A stretch of 27,607 bases of DNA from an uncultured archaeon (GTDB lineage Archaea; Iainarchaeota; Iainarchaeia; Iainarchaeales; CSSED10-239): positions 2,741-30,347 of the forward strand of contig CAZCAP010000009.1 in assembly GCA_964496765.1 (NCBI GenBank), read 5' to 3'. The notes beneath the pieces are model-generated. The model had not been told where the DNA came from. It did not search any database and saw only the letters and a list, made by a program, of their open reading frames with translations. The position numbers and the translations under genes are program-made. Positions 1 to 9,042 of this stretch are shown in pieces (the stretch's first letter is position 1; each line of letters starts with the position of its first letter).

Positions 1-686
1 ATCATCTTTTAATTTTTTTAATATTTCTTGTTCTTGCTTCTTTTTTATTATTGAAGCAACATCAAATTTTGCAAAATCAATGGCCCCAATTAAATTTCTC
101 TGCAATGCTTTTGTGGCATAGGAATCCAGATAGGAATAATCAAAAGCTTTTGGCTCAATTAAATACTTCTTAAATAATTCAAAATCTGGTGTTATCACAT
201 GCAATTCTTTTATTTCATCAATAAATGGTTTGTGATTGTTTGATAAAGTTTCTTTTACAAGTATAACGTTTGCTTTTGTATATCTTCTAATATAGAAGGC
301 ATCTGTCCAAACATCATGCCCAACAAATAAAGCATTATCCACATCTAGTTTATTTGTTTTTAGAAAATGAATTTTATGATAATCATCCTCTGCAGTTGGG
401 TTTTCTTCAAATTTCTTTTCTTTAAGTTCCCTATCCTGAGGAGATAAACTATTTAAGTATGAATCATCCACATAGGCAATATTGTTTTCATTAAAATAAT
501 CAAGTAAATTGTTTTCTTTGATAATTGGCTCAGCAATTTCTTTCTTAAGCCCAGTAACTAAATGCATATTGATATTGTTTTCTTTACAAAAAGTAGAAAG
601 ATTATTTAGATATGTATGTTGTATTTCCTTGTTTTTGTGGCCCTTAACTAAAACATCGTAAAATCCAAAAATAATGTGTTTCATTC
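1..686 (-). CDS. HAD-superfamily-like protein with degenerate motif I, C-terminus truncated by window edge
   Basis: Open frame on minus strand from ATG at 686 running off the edge: MKHIIFGFYDVLVKGHKNKEIQHTYLNNLS...MHLVTG...ALFVGHDVWTDAFYIRRYTKANVILVKETL. HAD-like layout, but motif I is GFYDV instead of DxDGT/V. Missing from the ORF track because it is open at the edge. Confidence 0.6.
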
Positions 687-808
687 CTATTTCCTCGTGA
701 TTTATCTAATTACCATCTATTTATATACTATTATATAACAATAATGAATATAAATATAATTGATACATATATATACAGCTAATAATATACTTAAAGGGTG
801 CTATTGAT

Positions 809-961
809 ATGGGAAAACAACTTGCAAGTGGGATTTTAATAGGAATAGGTATTGGACTTTACATTCCTGATTTACCAGGAGTATTATCCAAGGTAAATAT
901 GTATTTGGGATTAATAGTGATTGTTGTTGGAATAATACTATTAATTAATTCAAAGGATTAA
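809..961 (+). CDS. small hydrophobic membrane protein (50 aa)
   Basis: MGKQLASGILIGIGIGLYIPDLPGVLSKVNMYLGLIVIVVGIILLINSKD*; two hydrophobic segments; short GGGTG upstream; not in the ORF track because of its size. Confidence 0.6.
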   Translation: MGKQLASGILIGIGIGLYIPDLPGVLSKVNMYLGLIVIVVGIILLINSKD

Positions 962-967
962 AATTGA

Positions 968-1984
968 TTATTTTTTTTCCTTTAGTGCATTCTCAATATC
1001 CTTAAATATATCTTTTATTTCATCTACAGAATGCACTTCCGGTTTCTTTTTAGAAAATAGTACTTTGAATGCAGCTATAATTCCACCCTTTTTTTTAGGA
1101 ATAATAATTGGCTCATCAACTCTTGATAAGTCAATGTTCTTTTCGATGGGTGCTTGAGGTTTATTCTTTGATGATCTAATTGTTTCTCGTATATCAATAA
1201 CTACATCTGCTTTTTTGTTTATTGCACTTTGTTTATTTGTAAACATGGTTCCGGTTTCTATGCTTTTTTTGTTGGTTTCAATTATTTCTTTATCAATGTC
1301 AACATCTTTTGTCTTTGATGCAAACAAGGTATTTACAAAATCAGCAACCTTATTGGTTTTTGGTTCAATAACAGATCCAAATGCAATTCCTGAATCTTTT
1401 ATTCTTTTAATAACCGCAATTGCAATATCTCTCCCATAACCCTCATCCCTAATTGCAAGTTTAATTTCATCTTCTGAAAAATATTTTGCTCTTGGTAATA
1501 GGGTATTAAATAAGTAATCAATTTCTTTTTTTTTAGTCTTATCTTCTGCTGTTTGCTTTTTATTTTCAATAGTTATATCAGCAATCTCTTTTGAAGAAGC
1601 AGTAACTAAGCTATAGCTTTCAAGCTTTTGTTTATATTCTGGAAATTTAGATAAAATAATTATCAAATGCTCATATTCCTTTGCAGATTCAAACTGAAGA
1701 GAAACATATTCATCATAGGTTAGTTTTTTACGATTATATAAATCATCGATTACTTCTACGTTTTGTCTTACTTCCCTATATCTCTTAAACAATTTTTCTG
1801 GATTCTTTTTTGATAGAGGGAGTATAAAAACAAACAAAACATAAAATAAGAATACAATTAGGAGAAATAATAATAGATAGAATAAGCTATTTTGTGGAAT
1901 TGCATCAATAAAACTTTTTTTAAAAGAATCACCTATTAATGATTCCCCAGTATACACTGTCAATAATATTGGATACATATTCAC
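968..1984 (-). CDS. uncharacterized membrane-anchored protein (one N-terminal TM helix, long charged cytoplasmic region)
   Basis: 338-aa ORF with hydrophobic segment LFYLLLFLLIVFLFYVLFVFI followed by charged/coiled region. Confidence 0.75.
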   Translation of the reverse strand: MNMYPILLTVYTGESLIGDSFKKSFIDAIPQNSLFYLLLFLLIVFLFYVLFVFILPLSKKNPEKLFKRYREVRQNVEVIDDLYNRKKLTYDEYVSLQFESAKEYEHLIIILSKFPEYKQKLESYSLVTASSKEIADITIENKKQTAEDKTKKKEIDYLFNTLLPRAKYFSEDEIKLAIRDEGYGRDIAIAVIKRIKDSGIAFGSVIEPKTNKVADFVNTLFASKTKDVDIDKEIIETNKKSIETGTMFTNKQSAINKKADVVIDIRETIRSSKNKPQAPIEKNIDLSRVDEPIIIPKKKGGIIAAFKVLFSKKKPEVHSVDEIKDIFKDIENALKEKK

Positions 1985-2006
1985 ACATAATATTTACAAG
2001 TTTTAC

Positions 2007-2243
2007 TTAAATAGATATCCAAACTAAATTATCTCCTCTAAGAAGAGTTTCAACATATTTGGTTTTGGATTTACCATCTTTAAGTTCTTCTGCGTCTTCT
2101 AGAACTATATTCATATGAACATCGAATGCTCTTAGTTTACCTCTTATTTGAACATTGTCCTTAAGAAGTATTAATACTTGTTTGTTAATTGCATTATTTA
2201 GCATATCAAATGGTCTTGTTATTTTTGAGTTTGTATCTGTCAT
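2007..2243 (-). CDS. archaeal Sm-like (LSm/SmAP) RNA-binding protein
   Basis: Sm1/Sm2 pattern: RPFDMLNNAINKQVLILLKDNVQIRGKLRAFDVHMNIVLEDAEEL...GDNLVWI; upstream SD GGTGATTTTATG. Confidence 0.93.
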   Translation of the reverse strand: MTDTNSKITRPFDMLNNAINKQVLILLKDNVQIRGKLRAFDVHMNIVLEDAEELKDGKSKTKYVETLLRGDNLVWISI

Positions 2244-2315
2244 AAAATCACCTTTTTTAAAAAATAAATAAACTCCATAATTATTGTATTGCTTTCATTT
2301 AAATACTTTTCTTTT

Positions 2316-3107
2316 TTACTTTTTACGAGAAAATAATCTTTTTAGGAAACCAAATAGTCCTCCACTTGATTTCTTTGAAGATTCTCCTTCTTTTCCTGTT
2401 ATTTTTTTTGCTATTGCTCTGAATGAATTTGCTGATGGGCCTTTGGGAGCATGAATTAATAGTGGTTTGATTTTCTTAAGAAGAAATGATTCCCTAATAT
2501 CTTCTGCATATGGAATCTTGCCATAGCAGGGAAGTTCTAGCATTTTCATTATTTCCTTTTCAGAGATTTCTCCAGAAATGTTACTTACCTTATTAATTAC
2601 AATTCCAAGAACTTTTAGATTTAATCTCTCTGCAACAATCTTCACCTTGAAAACATCTGCAACCGATGGAGAGGTTGGTTCAGTAATTAATAAGATTTGT
2701 GTTGATGATGACATTGCAGCTATTACGTTTTTATCAATACCTGCGGGTGCGTCTATTAAAATATAATCATATTGATTATATAAACTTTTTACTACTGAAA
2801 CTAATCTTTCAACATCTACTCTTTGATAGGTTGAGATAGATAATCCAGAAGGAATAATTTTCAAATTACCTGGGCCATCATAGGTTGCATCTCCTACTGA
2901 TGAAGAACCTAACAGAACATCATGCAAGGTTATTGGCGGGTTATCAACACCAATAAGTAAACTTAAATTTGACATTGCAATGTCCGCATCTATCAAAAGC
3001 ACAGAATGACCCTGTTCAGCTAATGCAAGTCCTAGATTTGCAGTTAATGTGGTTTTACCTACTCCACCTTTTCCAGAAACGATTGTAATTATTTCACTCA
3101 TAATCAT
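2316..3107 (-). CDS. minD: MinD/ParA-like P-loop ATPase with C-terminal amphipathic tail
   Basis: Deviant Walker A GKGGVGKTT, LIDADIAMSNLSLLIG, YILIDAPAG; C-terminus GGLFGFLKRLFSRKK. Confidence 0.93.
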   Translation of the reverse strand: MIMSEIITIVSGKGGVGKTTLTANLGLALAEQGHSVLLIDADIAMSNLSLLIGVDNPPITLHDVLLGSSSVGDATYDGPGNLKIIPSGLSISTYQRVDVERLVSVVKSLYNQYDYILIDAPAGIDKNVIAAMSSSTQILLITEPTSPSVADVFKVKIVAERLNLKVLGIVINKVSNISGEISEKEIMKMLELPCYGKIPYAEDIRESFLLKKIKPLLIHAPKGPSANSFRAIAKKITGKEGESSKKSSGGLFGFLKRLFSRKK

Positions 3108-3127
3108 TCACATTTTATTTTAATTAA

Positions 3128-3574
3128 TTAAATTATTTGAGACATTATCTTTAAATAATTTTCAAGATCATTTACAAGTGCTTGAACTTCAATTCTTGAT
3201 AAACTATCATTTGCTTTAATAAAATATACCTTATCATTTAATTTAAAAATTATTTGCCATCCTTTTGATTCAATTAATATTATTGAAAGATTATTGAATT
3301 CACTATTAATATAATTGTACATGGCTGCACTTTTAAAACCTTCTTTTAAATCCTTTTCAGTACTTCCAATTACAATTCCAGTCACATCAGTAACTACAAT
3401 ATGATTAACTAAATGCTTCTGCCTTAGTTTTAATAGAAAATCATCTAGATTTTTTGAATTCAAATTTATTTTTTTGTATTCCAATAGAGATGATAGGCCA
3501 GCAGTATCTGATGTATCTTCTAGGTTTAAAACCCTGTTGGATAACCTTGTTAATAATCTTGTTATAGTTTGCAT
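3128..3574 (-). CDS. putative roadblock/LC7-like small protein
   Basis: 148 aa; central HIVVTDVTGIVIGST...AAMYNYINSEFNNLSIILIESKGWQIIFKLNDKVYFIKAN resembles the roadblock/longin alternation. Family call is by eye only. Confidence 0.5.
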   Translation of the reverse strand: MQTITRLLTRLSNRVLNLEDTSDTAGLSSLLEYKKINLNSKNLDDFLLKLRQKHLVNHIVVTDVTGIVIGSTEKDLKEGFKSAAMYNYINSEFNNLSIILIESKGWQIIFKLNDKVYFIKANDSLSRIEVQALVNDLENYLKIMSQII

Positions 3575-3598
3575 AATAAATCTTTTTTTAATTTTTAA

Positions 3599-4105
3599 TT
3601 ACTCTTTTAATAAGTCAGAAATGTGAAATCTATTAAACACATCTATTTTTGATTCCTGCACTTCTATTTTATTACTTAATAATTTATCTAATAACGTCTC
3701 ATTATATTTAATATTTAGTTTAGCTATTGAACCATTATCTATTTTATAATCAAATTTAACTTTATCATTAAAAATTAATATTAATTTTATTTGATCATCA
3801 GTTAAATTATAGATGTTTAATAATCCATCTTTATTTCCATAGGAATTTATTCCTAGATTAAATGCATCTAATCCAAATAACTCAACATCATAGGCATCAA
3901 TTAAAAATATTGAACCAACAACCTTTCCTTTTGTAAAAATAATTATACTTTCTTCAAAACCATACTTTCCATTAACAGCTAGATAGGTGTATCCTGAGAA
4001 CTTTTTTGTTCCTAAATCCAAAAATAATTTATCTGGAATTAATTGTTCCAGAAAAACATTTTTCACCAAAGGAGTGGTCACTGGTATATTCATAGTTTTA
4101 TTCAA
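3599..4105 (-). CDS. DUF2226-like archaeal protein
   Basis: KKFSGYTYLAVNGKYGFEESIIIFTKGKVVGSIFLIDAYDVELFGLDAFNLGINSYGNKDGLLNIYNLTDDQIKLI; sits between NYN and roadblock-like ORFs. Confidence 0.5.
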   Translation of the reverse strand: MNKTMNIPVTTPLVKNVFLEQLIPDKLFLDLGTKKFSGYTYLAVNGKYGFEESIIIFTKGKVVGSIFLIDAYDVELFGLDAFNLGINSYGNKDGLLNIYNLTDDQIKLILIFNDKVKFDYKIDNGSIAKLNIKYNETLLDKLLSNKIEVQESKIDVFNRFHISDLLKE

Positions 4106-4114
4106 CTCTTATAT

Positions 4115-4588
4115 CTATCTTAATTTATCAATGAAGACAACCTGATCAACTGTATTCTTAAGAGCTGTTGCAGAACCTTCTTCAACTAAAAACACCATTG
4201 TTTTTTTACCATGGGTTTTTGCTTTTAAAATTGCAGGCAAGTAATCTGAATCACGTGTTACAAAAACAATTGTATCAATTTCTTTGTTGTGGACTATATC
4301 TGTTGCATCAACTGCCATTGCAACATCCACATCACCAACAGTAATTACTGTTTCAAAGCCAATGTTAACAACTGCTTCCACAAGTTTATCAGTAGCGTAT
4401 TGATCAAGAAAAACTTTTGCAACCTTAATGGCACCCTGTGATTTTAAATAATTCTTAATCTTTGAAAGATCAATATTAAATTCTTTTCTTAGAATATTTG
4501 GACCATCAACAAATATTGCAATATTGTTTCTTCTTGCGATTTTTGGAGCACTATCTTTATTGATAAATAAACGTAATAATTTATTCAT
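4115..4588 (-). CDS. NYN/LabA-like (TIGR00288-type) PIN-fold putative nuclease
   Basis: NIAIFVDGPNILRKEF...VGDVDVAMAVDATDIVHNKEIDTIVFVTRDSDYLPAILKAKTHGKKTMVF. Confidence 0.85.
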   Translation of the reverse strand: MNKLLRLFINKDSAPKIARRNNIAIFVDGPNILRKEFNIDLSKIKNYLKSQGAIKVAKVFLDQYATDKLVEAVVNIGFETVITVGDVDVAMAVDATDIVHNKEIDTIVFVTRDSDYLPAILKAKTHGKKTMVFLVEEGSATALKNTVDQVVFIDKLR

Positions 4589-4767
4589 AATTTATTCCTT
4601 CTTTTCAATTATATACAGCCTAATGAACTGCTATAAACTTTTTAACTTATCCCTCAAAAATATATTTGAAAGGAGTGAGTTTGATTTCTACAATCGAAAT
4701 CATAAGTAAAATATATATTATATTTAATTAAAATGATTTATAAAGGTATCTTAATTTATATAATATT

Positions 4768-5847
4768 ATGGGTACCAAACAAGTATTTTCTAGACCTTTT
4801 AATCTAGTTTATGAAAAAGATTATCCAAACCTATTACTTGGGCCTGGGATATATGCAGATTATCTTAATGCTAAATATTCATCTCCTAAGGATTGGGTAA
4901 AGTCAGATATTAAAAAAATTGATGAAAATAGGAATAAACAAATTTTTTCTTTTGAAAAATACACTAAAGAGGATGCACTTCTTCCAACCAGAGAATTATC
5001 TGAGCTTCAGTTAATTACCCAAAGTACAAAAACAACTGAACTTGAAATCACCTTGGGAACTGGAGAACGAAAAGTCATAGACAACGTTTCAGGAATAAAC
5101 AATCCATTCTTTGATATTGAAAATCTTAGGATTGTTGAAAATATACAAGTTCCAAAAGCCATTGATAGGGTTGTTTCAGACAATTCCCTCCCAGCAACAA
5201 CAGGAATGATATCACTTTACAAAAAATTAGATGATGTTTATAAAATAGAACAATTATTATCTGTGGGGCTGCTTGGAAATAAAAACAAAAGATCACTTGT
5301 TCCAACTAGATGGGCAATAACAGCTGTTGATGACACTCTTTCAAAGGACATTATTGAAGATATAAAACATAATCAAACAATTGATAAATATGAATTGTAT
5401 ACCTTTGAATTTTATAAAAATAAATTCTATATAATTATTATGCCTCTTCCATGGTCATTTGAAATGATTGAATCAAAAGGATCTGGTGAATTTTCAATAG
5501 ACTTTGAACACTATGAAGGTAGACGTGATTATGCGTCATCTGTTACAGGAGCCTACTACGCAGCAAGGTTAGAGATAACTAAACAGCTAAGTGAAAGAAA
5601 AAGATGTGGGAGAATACTTATATTAAGAGATATTGATGTTAGCTATCAATCTAAGGGGGTATGGGTAATAAGAGAAGCAGTAGCAGAAGCAATGCAAAAA
5701 AAACCATTTGTTTTTGAGACCATAGACTTACTCCTAAAGTACGTTGATGAAGAATTAAAGATTAAAGGAACCATTAAATATTGGACTGATAAGTCAACAA
5801 TCCTGAAGGAAAATAAAATGCAAAGAAGGTTGTTTGAGTTCATTTAA
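4768..5847 (+). CDS. NreA-like (DUF650/DUF651) archaeal DNA-repair-associated protein with C-terminal PIP-like motif
   Basis: LVPTRWAITAVDDTLSK signature, PLPWSFEMIESKG, C-terminal QRRLFEFI; TATA-like TTTATAAA about 24 nt upstream of ATG (leaderless arrangement). Confidence 0.82.
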   Translation: MGTKQVFSRPFNLVYEKDYPNLLLGPGIYADYLNAKYSSPKDWVKSDIKKIDENRNKQIFSFEKYTKEDALLPTRELSELQLITQSTKTTELEITLGTGERKVIDNVSGINNPFFDIENLRIVENIQVPKAIDRVVSDNSLPATTGMISLYKKLDDVYKIEQLLSVGLLGNKNKRSLVPTRWAITAVDDTLSKDIIEDIKHNQTIDKYELYTFEFYKNKFYIIIMPLPWSFEMIESKGSGEFSIDFEHYEGRRDYASSVTGAYYAARLEITKQLSERKRCGRILILRDIDVSYQSKGVWVIREAVAEAMQKKPFVFETIDLLLKYVDEELKIKGTIKYWTDKSTILKENKMQRRLFEFI

Positions 5848-5850
5848 TTT

Positions 5851-6888
5851 TTAAATGAATAAACTGAAATATAATCTGAAATAAAATAAAATTGTAGCAA
5901 TGGATATAATTATTTGAATTATATAAAAGGTCCAAACTAATTTTTTTTCTGTAAATCTACCGGTTCTTAGGATAAGGTGGGTTAATGATCCACCTTTTGG
6001 ACTTGCTTTAATGGTTCTATTTTTTTGAGGAATTCCAAAGCATTCTGATTTGAAATTGTGAGAAATCTTAATGAAAAACTCAATTACGTATAATAAAACT
6101 AGGAAACCAATCAAAAATTCCATATGCAAAACAATTGCAGATATTCCTGCAAGGGATCCCGATACCAATGTAATAATATCCCCAGGAAATATTTTTGAAG
6201 GATATCTGTTGAACTTCAGGAATCCAATGAGTGCACCCAACCAACAAGCAAGTATTATTAATAAAGTTATTTCTCCTTGAATGAATGCAATTATTGAAAT
6301 GGTTGAAAAAATAATTATTGATAATCCAGCTTCCAGTCCATTAAACCCAGCTAGAAGATTAAATGCATTAGTTGCAGAAGTCATGACTAGGGGAACAAAT
6401 ATCCAGGCATAAAGTAAACCAAAACTAATGGTCCCAACAAATGGGATATAAAGGTTATTAATTCCATGGAAGATTGCAAATAGAATCATTGGAACAGAAA
6501 ATAATATGGGAAGTATAAAATGTTGCCATTGGGATATTCCTTTCTTCCATCCAAGAACATCATCTATGAATCCCACAAAAAGAATTAATAGCATTGTTAT
6601 GATTATTAATAGCATTGATTTAATATCAATAAAAACATAGGGATTAAATGAAATTAAATAATAGATTGCAATTGCCAATAGAATTGATAGCGTAAATCCA
6701 AAGAAAACAGGAACACCTCCAAGTTCAGCCACATTATTTTTTTTGAACTTGTTCATGTCCTTTCCAATCCAACCTCTAGCTCTAGCTAATCCTATAAACT
6801 TAGGAGTAACTACTAAAAGAATAAACCAGGATAGGAATAAAGAAAAAATAAAGATGAGAATTGAAAATAGTGTTTTGTAGTCTATCAT
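5851..6888 (-). CDS. glycosyltransferase family 4 / UDP-GlcNAc:polyprenyl-phosphate GlcNAc-1-phosphate transferase-like (AglH-like)
   Basis: Multi-TM; DMNKFKKNNVAELGGVPVFFGF, GFIDDVLGWKKG, NAFNLLAGFNGLEAGLS, GFLKFNRYPSKIFPGDIITLVSGSL. Confidence 0.88.
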   Translation of the reverse strand: MIDYKTLFSILIFIFSLFLSWFILLVVTPKFIGLARARGWIGKDMNKFKKNNVAELGGVPVFFGFTLSILLAIAIYYLISFNPYVFIDIKSMLLIIITMLLILFVGFIDDVLGWKKGISQWQHFILPILFSVPMILFAIFHGINNLYIPFVGTISFGLLYAWIFVPLVMTSATNAFNLLAGFNGLEAGLSIIIFSTISIIAFIQGEITLLIILACWLGALIGFLKFNRYPSKIFPGDIITLVSGSLAGISAIVLHMEFLIGFLVLLYVIEFFIKISHNFKSECFGIPQKNRTIKASPKGGSLTHLILRTGRFTEKKLVWTFYIIQIIISIATILFYFRLYFSLFI

Positions 6889-6892
6889 CTAA

Positions 6893-8833
6893 TCACTTTA
6901 ATTTATCTTTATTAACTTTGAATACATTTACGGATCCAGTTGTATAAACTGTAGTAAACAAACCATCTAGGCTTGGATCAGAAAACCACATTCTTGTGAA
7001 CATGGCGTCATTTGCACTTTCATTTAATATATATAATGCAATGTTGTTTGGATCTCTATAAATATACACAGGAGTGTTCTGCATAAGCTCATTTGGTTTA
7101 TCTTGCCAGATTGCTGGAAGCTTATTAAACTCAGCCTCTGGAATCTGATTTTGCCCACAAGAATAATTTATAACCCCAGTAACTTCTGTTTTTGTACTTG
7201 AACAAGGTAGAACTGTTCCAAAATATTTTGTAACTCTTGGATCACTTGTATTTGTAGTTACATAGGCATACATCCCAAAAGAACCAAACCTTCTGAAATA
7301 ATCTGATTCTACAGGTATATAATCAGCTTGATATTTAATTAATATTTCTTTTGCTTTGTTAACATCATCAGTTATCATGAACATTGCAACATCTGAATCT
7401 CCTTCAATAAAAGAGTTGGTGTTATCAGTTGCAACCTTCCTTTCTGAAAAATATGCAATCCAGTGCCCATAGTCCCACCAATTAAATATATTTGCATTCA
7501 CATCTGTATTATCGTAAAGCCAGAAAACAGTATCCTTCCAATCTGTTTGCTCATCAATTGGAGGAACATTTGTTGAAACAAAGAAAGAACCAGCTGCAAT
7601 TGAAATTAAAAGTATAACTCCAAGCACTATAACAATAGTTCTCTTGGTTATTAATTTGTCTTTATCCTGTATCCATTCAGATATTATATAGAACAACACA
7701 CCACACCCTGCAGCAATTGGTAATCCAAGGGTATAGGTGAACTTTAATTTAAACCAGGCCATGAATAGAGTTATTGCTATCCAGAAAAATAATAATAAAC
7801 TAATGTAATCTTTTTTCTTAGTTGTAAATAGATAAATAATTATTCCCAATAGGGCTGCAAATGGAACCCAGAGCAGGAAACTATATTTTTGCAGGAAGAA
7901 CTGATGTCCTGTGTTTTCTTCTCCGACAGTAGCTCCAACAACATCTGTTGGAGAGACATTTGTTTTATCAAATCTATCTATGTTATCTTGATTAATTGGT
8001 ATGTATTGAGTTACATAATAGGTTGTATCCTTTATCCAAGCTGAACCAGTTAATAATGTTGCTCCTGCTGTGAACAATACCATTACCACAACAAATATTT
8101 TCACAAAGGATCCAATTTCATTATTTGTTGCATTCTTGTATGCCATATAAATTACATTAACAATAAAATACGCAATCATGACAAGTGGAATTAAAATAAA
8201 CATTCCCCAGGTTATTGACATAAGTATAAAGAATGCAGAGGAAATAACTGCATAAGTAAGATATTTCTTAGTTGCATGCACGTGCTTCATTGCTTTAATA
8301 AAGAAAATAAATCCAAGTACTAGCCATAGGAAACCTAATGAATCATCTTCAAAGAAACCAGCCATGGTTCTATAAACGAAGGCAGGGATTGTTGCAGCAA
8401 CAACTGCCATAATGAAACCGGTTTTACGATTGTACATCTCCTTTCCTAGAAAATACATTGCAACAGCAATTAGTGCACCAAACAATGCAGGAAGAACCCT
8501 AGCATAATCCATGAGCAACCATTTACTGTATCCTGCACCCAGGGTCGTAATTGTATAAATAAAAGCTGTTACTGACCAGAGAAATTGAGGCCTAGCTCCA
8601 TAGGGTGATCCTCCCTGTTGATAGAATCCAAGTGGATCATTGGCAGGAAGATCTCCTTGCACCATGTACCCAACTGCACGAAGATGCCAATAGGGATCAT
8701 ATTCGTACATGTAATCATATTTTAATAGATGACCTCTAATTGAAAAGGCCATTATAAAAATAAGAACAAGTAATATAATTAATTTGTATTTGCTTATGCT
8801 AGTTTCTTTGTTTTCTGCTTCGTGTTCTGACAT
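6893..8833 (-). CDS. aglB: oligosaccharyl transferase, STT3/AglB family
   Basis: N-terminal YEYDPYWHLRAVGYM, multi-TM region, C-terminal WWDYGHWI catalytic-site motif. Confidence 0.93.
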   Translation of the reverse strand: MSEHEAENKETSISKYKLIILLVLIFIMAFSIRGHLLKYDYMYEYDPYWHLRAVGYMVQGDLPANDPLGFYQQGGSPYGARPQFLWSVTAFIYTITTLGAGYSKWLLMDYARVLPALFGALIAVAMYFLGKEMYNRKTGFIMAVVAATIPAFVYRTMAGFFEDDSLGFLWLVLGFIFFIKAMKHVHATKKYLTYAVISSAFFILMSITWGMFILIPLVMIAYFIVNVIYMAYKNATNNEIGSFVKIFVVVMVLFTAGATLLTGSAWIKDTTYYVTQYIPINQDNIDRFDKTNVSPTDVVGATVGEENTGHQFFLQKYSFLLWVPFAALLGIIIYLFTTKKKDYISLLLFFWIAITLFMAWFKLKFTYTLGLPIAAGCGVLFYIISEWIQDKDKLITKRTIVIVLGVILLISIAAGSFFVSTNVPPIDEQTDWKDTVFWLYDNTDVNANIFNWWDYGHWIAYFSERKVATDNTNSFIEGDSDVAMFMITDDVNKAKEILIKYQADYIPVESDYFRRFGSFGMYAYVTTNTSDPRVTKYFGTVLPCSSTKTEVTGVINYSCGQNQIPEAEFNKLPAIWQDKPNELMQNTPVYIYRDPNNIALYILNESANDAMFTRMWFSDPSLDGLFTTVYTTGSVNVFKVNKDKLK

Positions 8834-9042
8834 ATAACCACTACTTTATGTAACAAAAATGTAATAATGTATATATAGCTATATATCATAACGTATTTAA
8901 ATGATTAAGGTGATTAAAAAATTCGAAATAAAAGTTCTTACAAAAGCAATTTTGGCGAAAGTAGTATTTTTTGAAAACCGTTGTAAAGACAGAAAGTTAG
9001 CAATAAGAAATATTTAAATAATAATAGATACCATATTAAATT

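Noticed and set aside
4524-4709. 61-aa plus-strand ORF near the NYN gene
   Set aside because: Overlaps the start of the NYN gene and its upstream region; atypical composition, no initiation signal.
5851-8833. GT4-AglB neighbourhood as an exotic glycan system
   Set aside because: Standard N-glycosylation components; no additional unusual genes attached.
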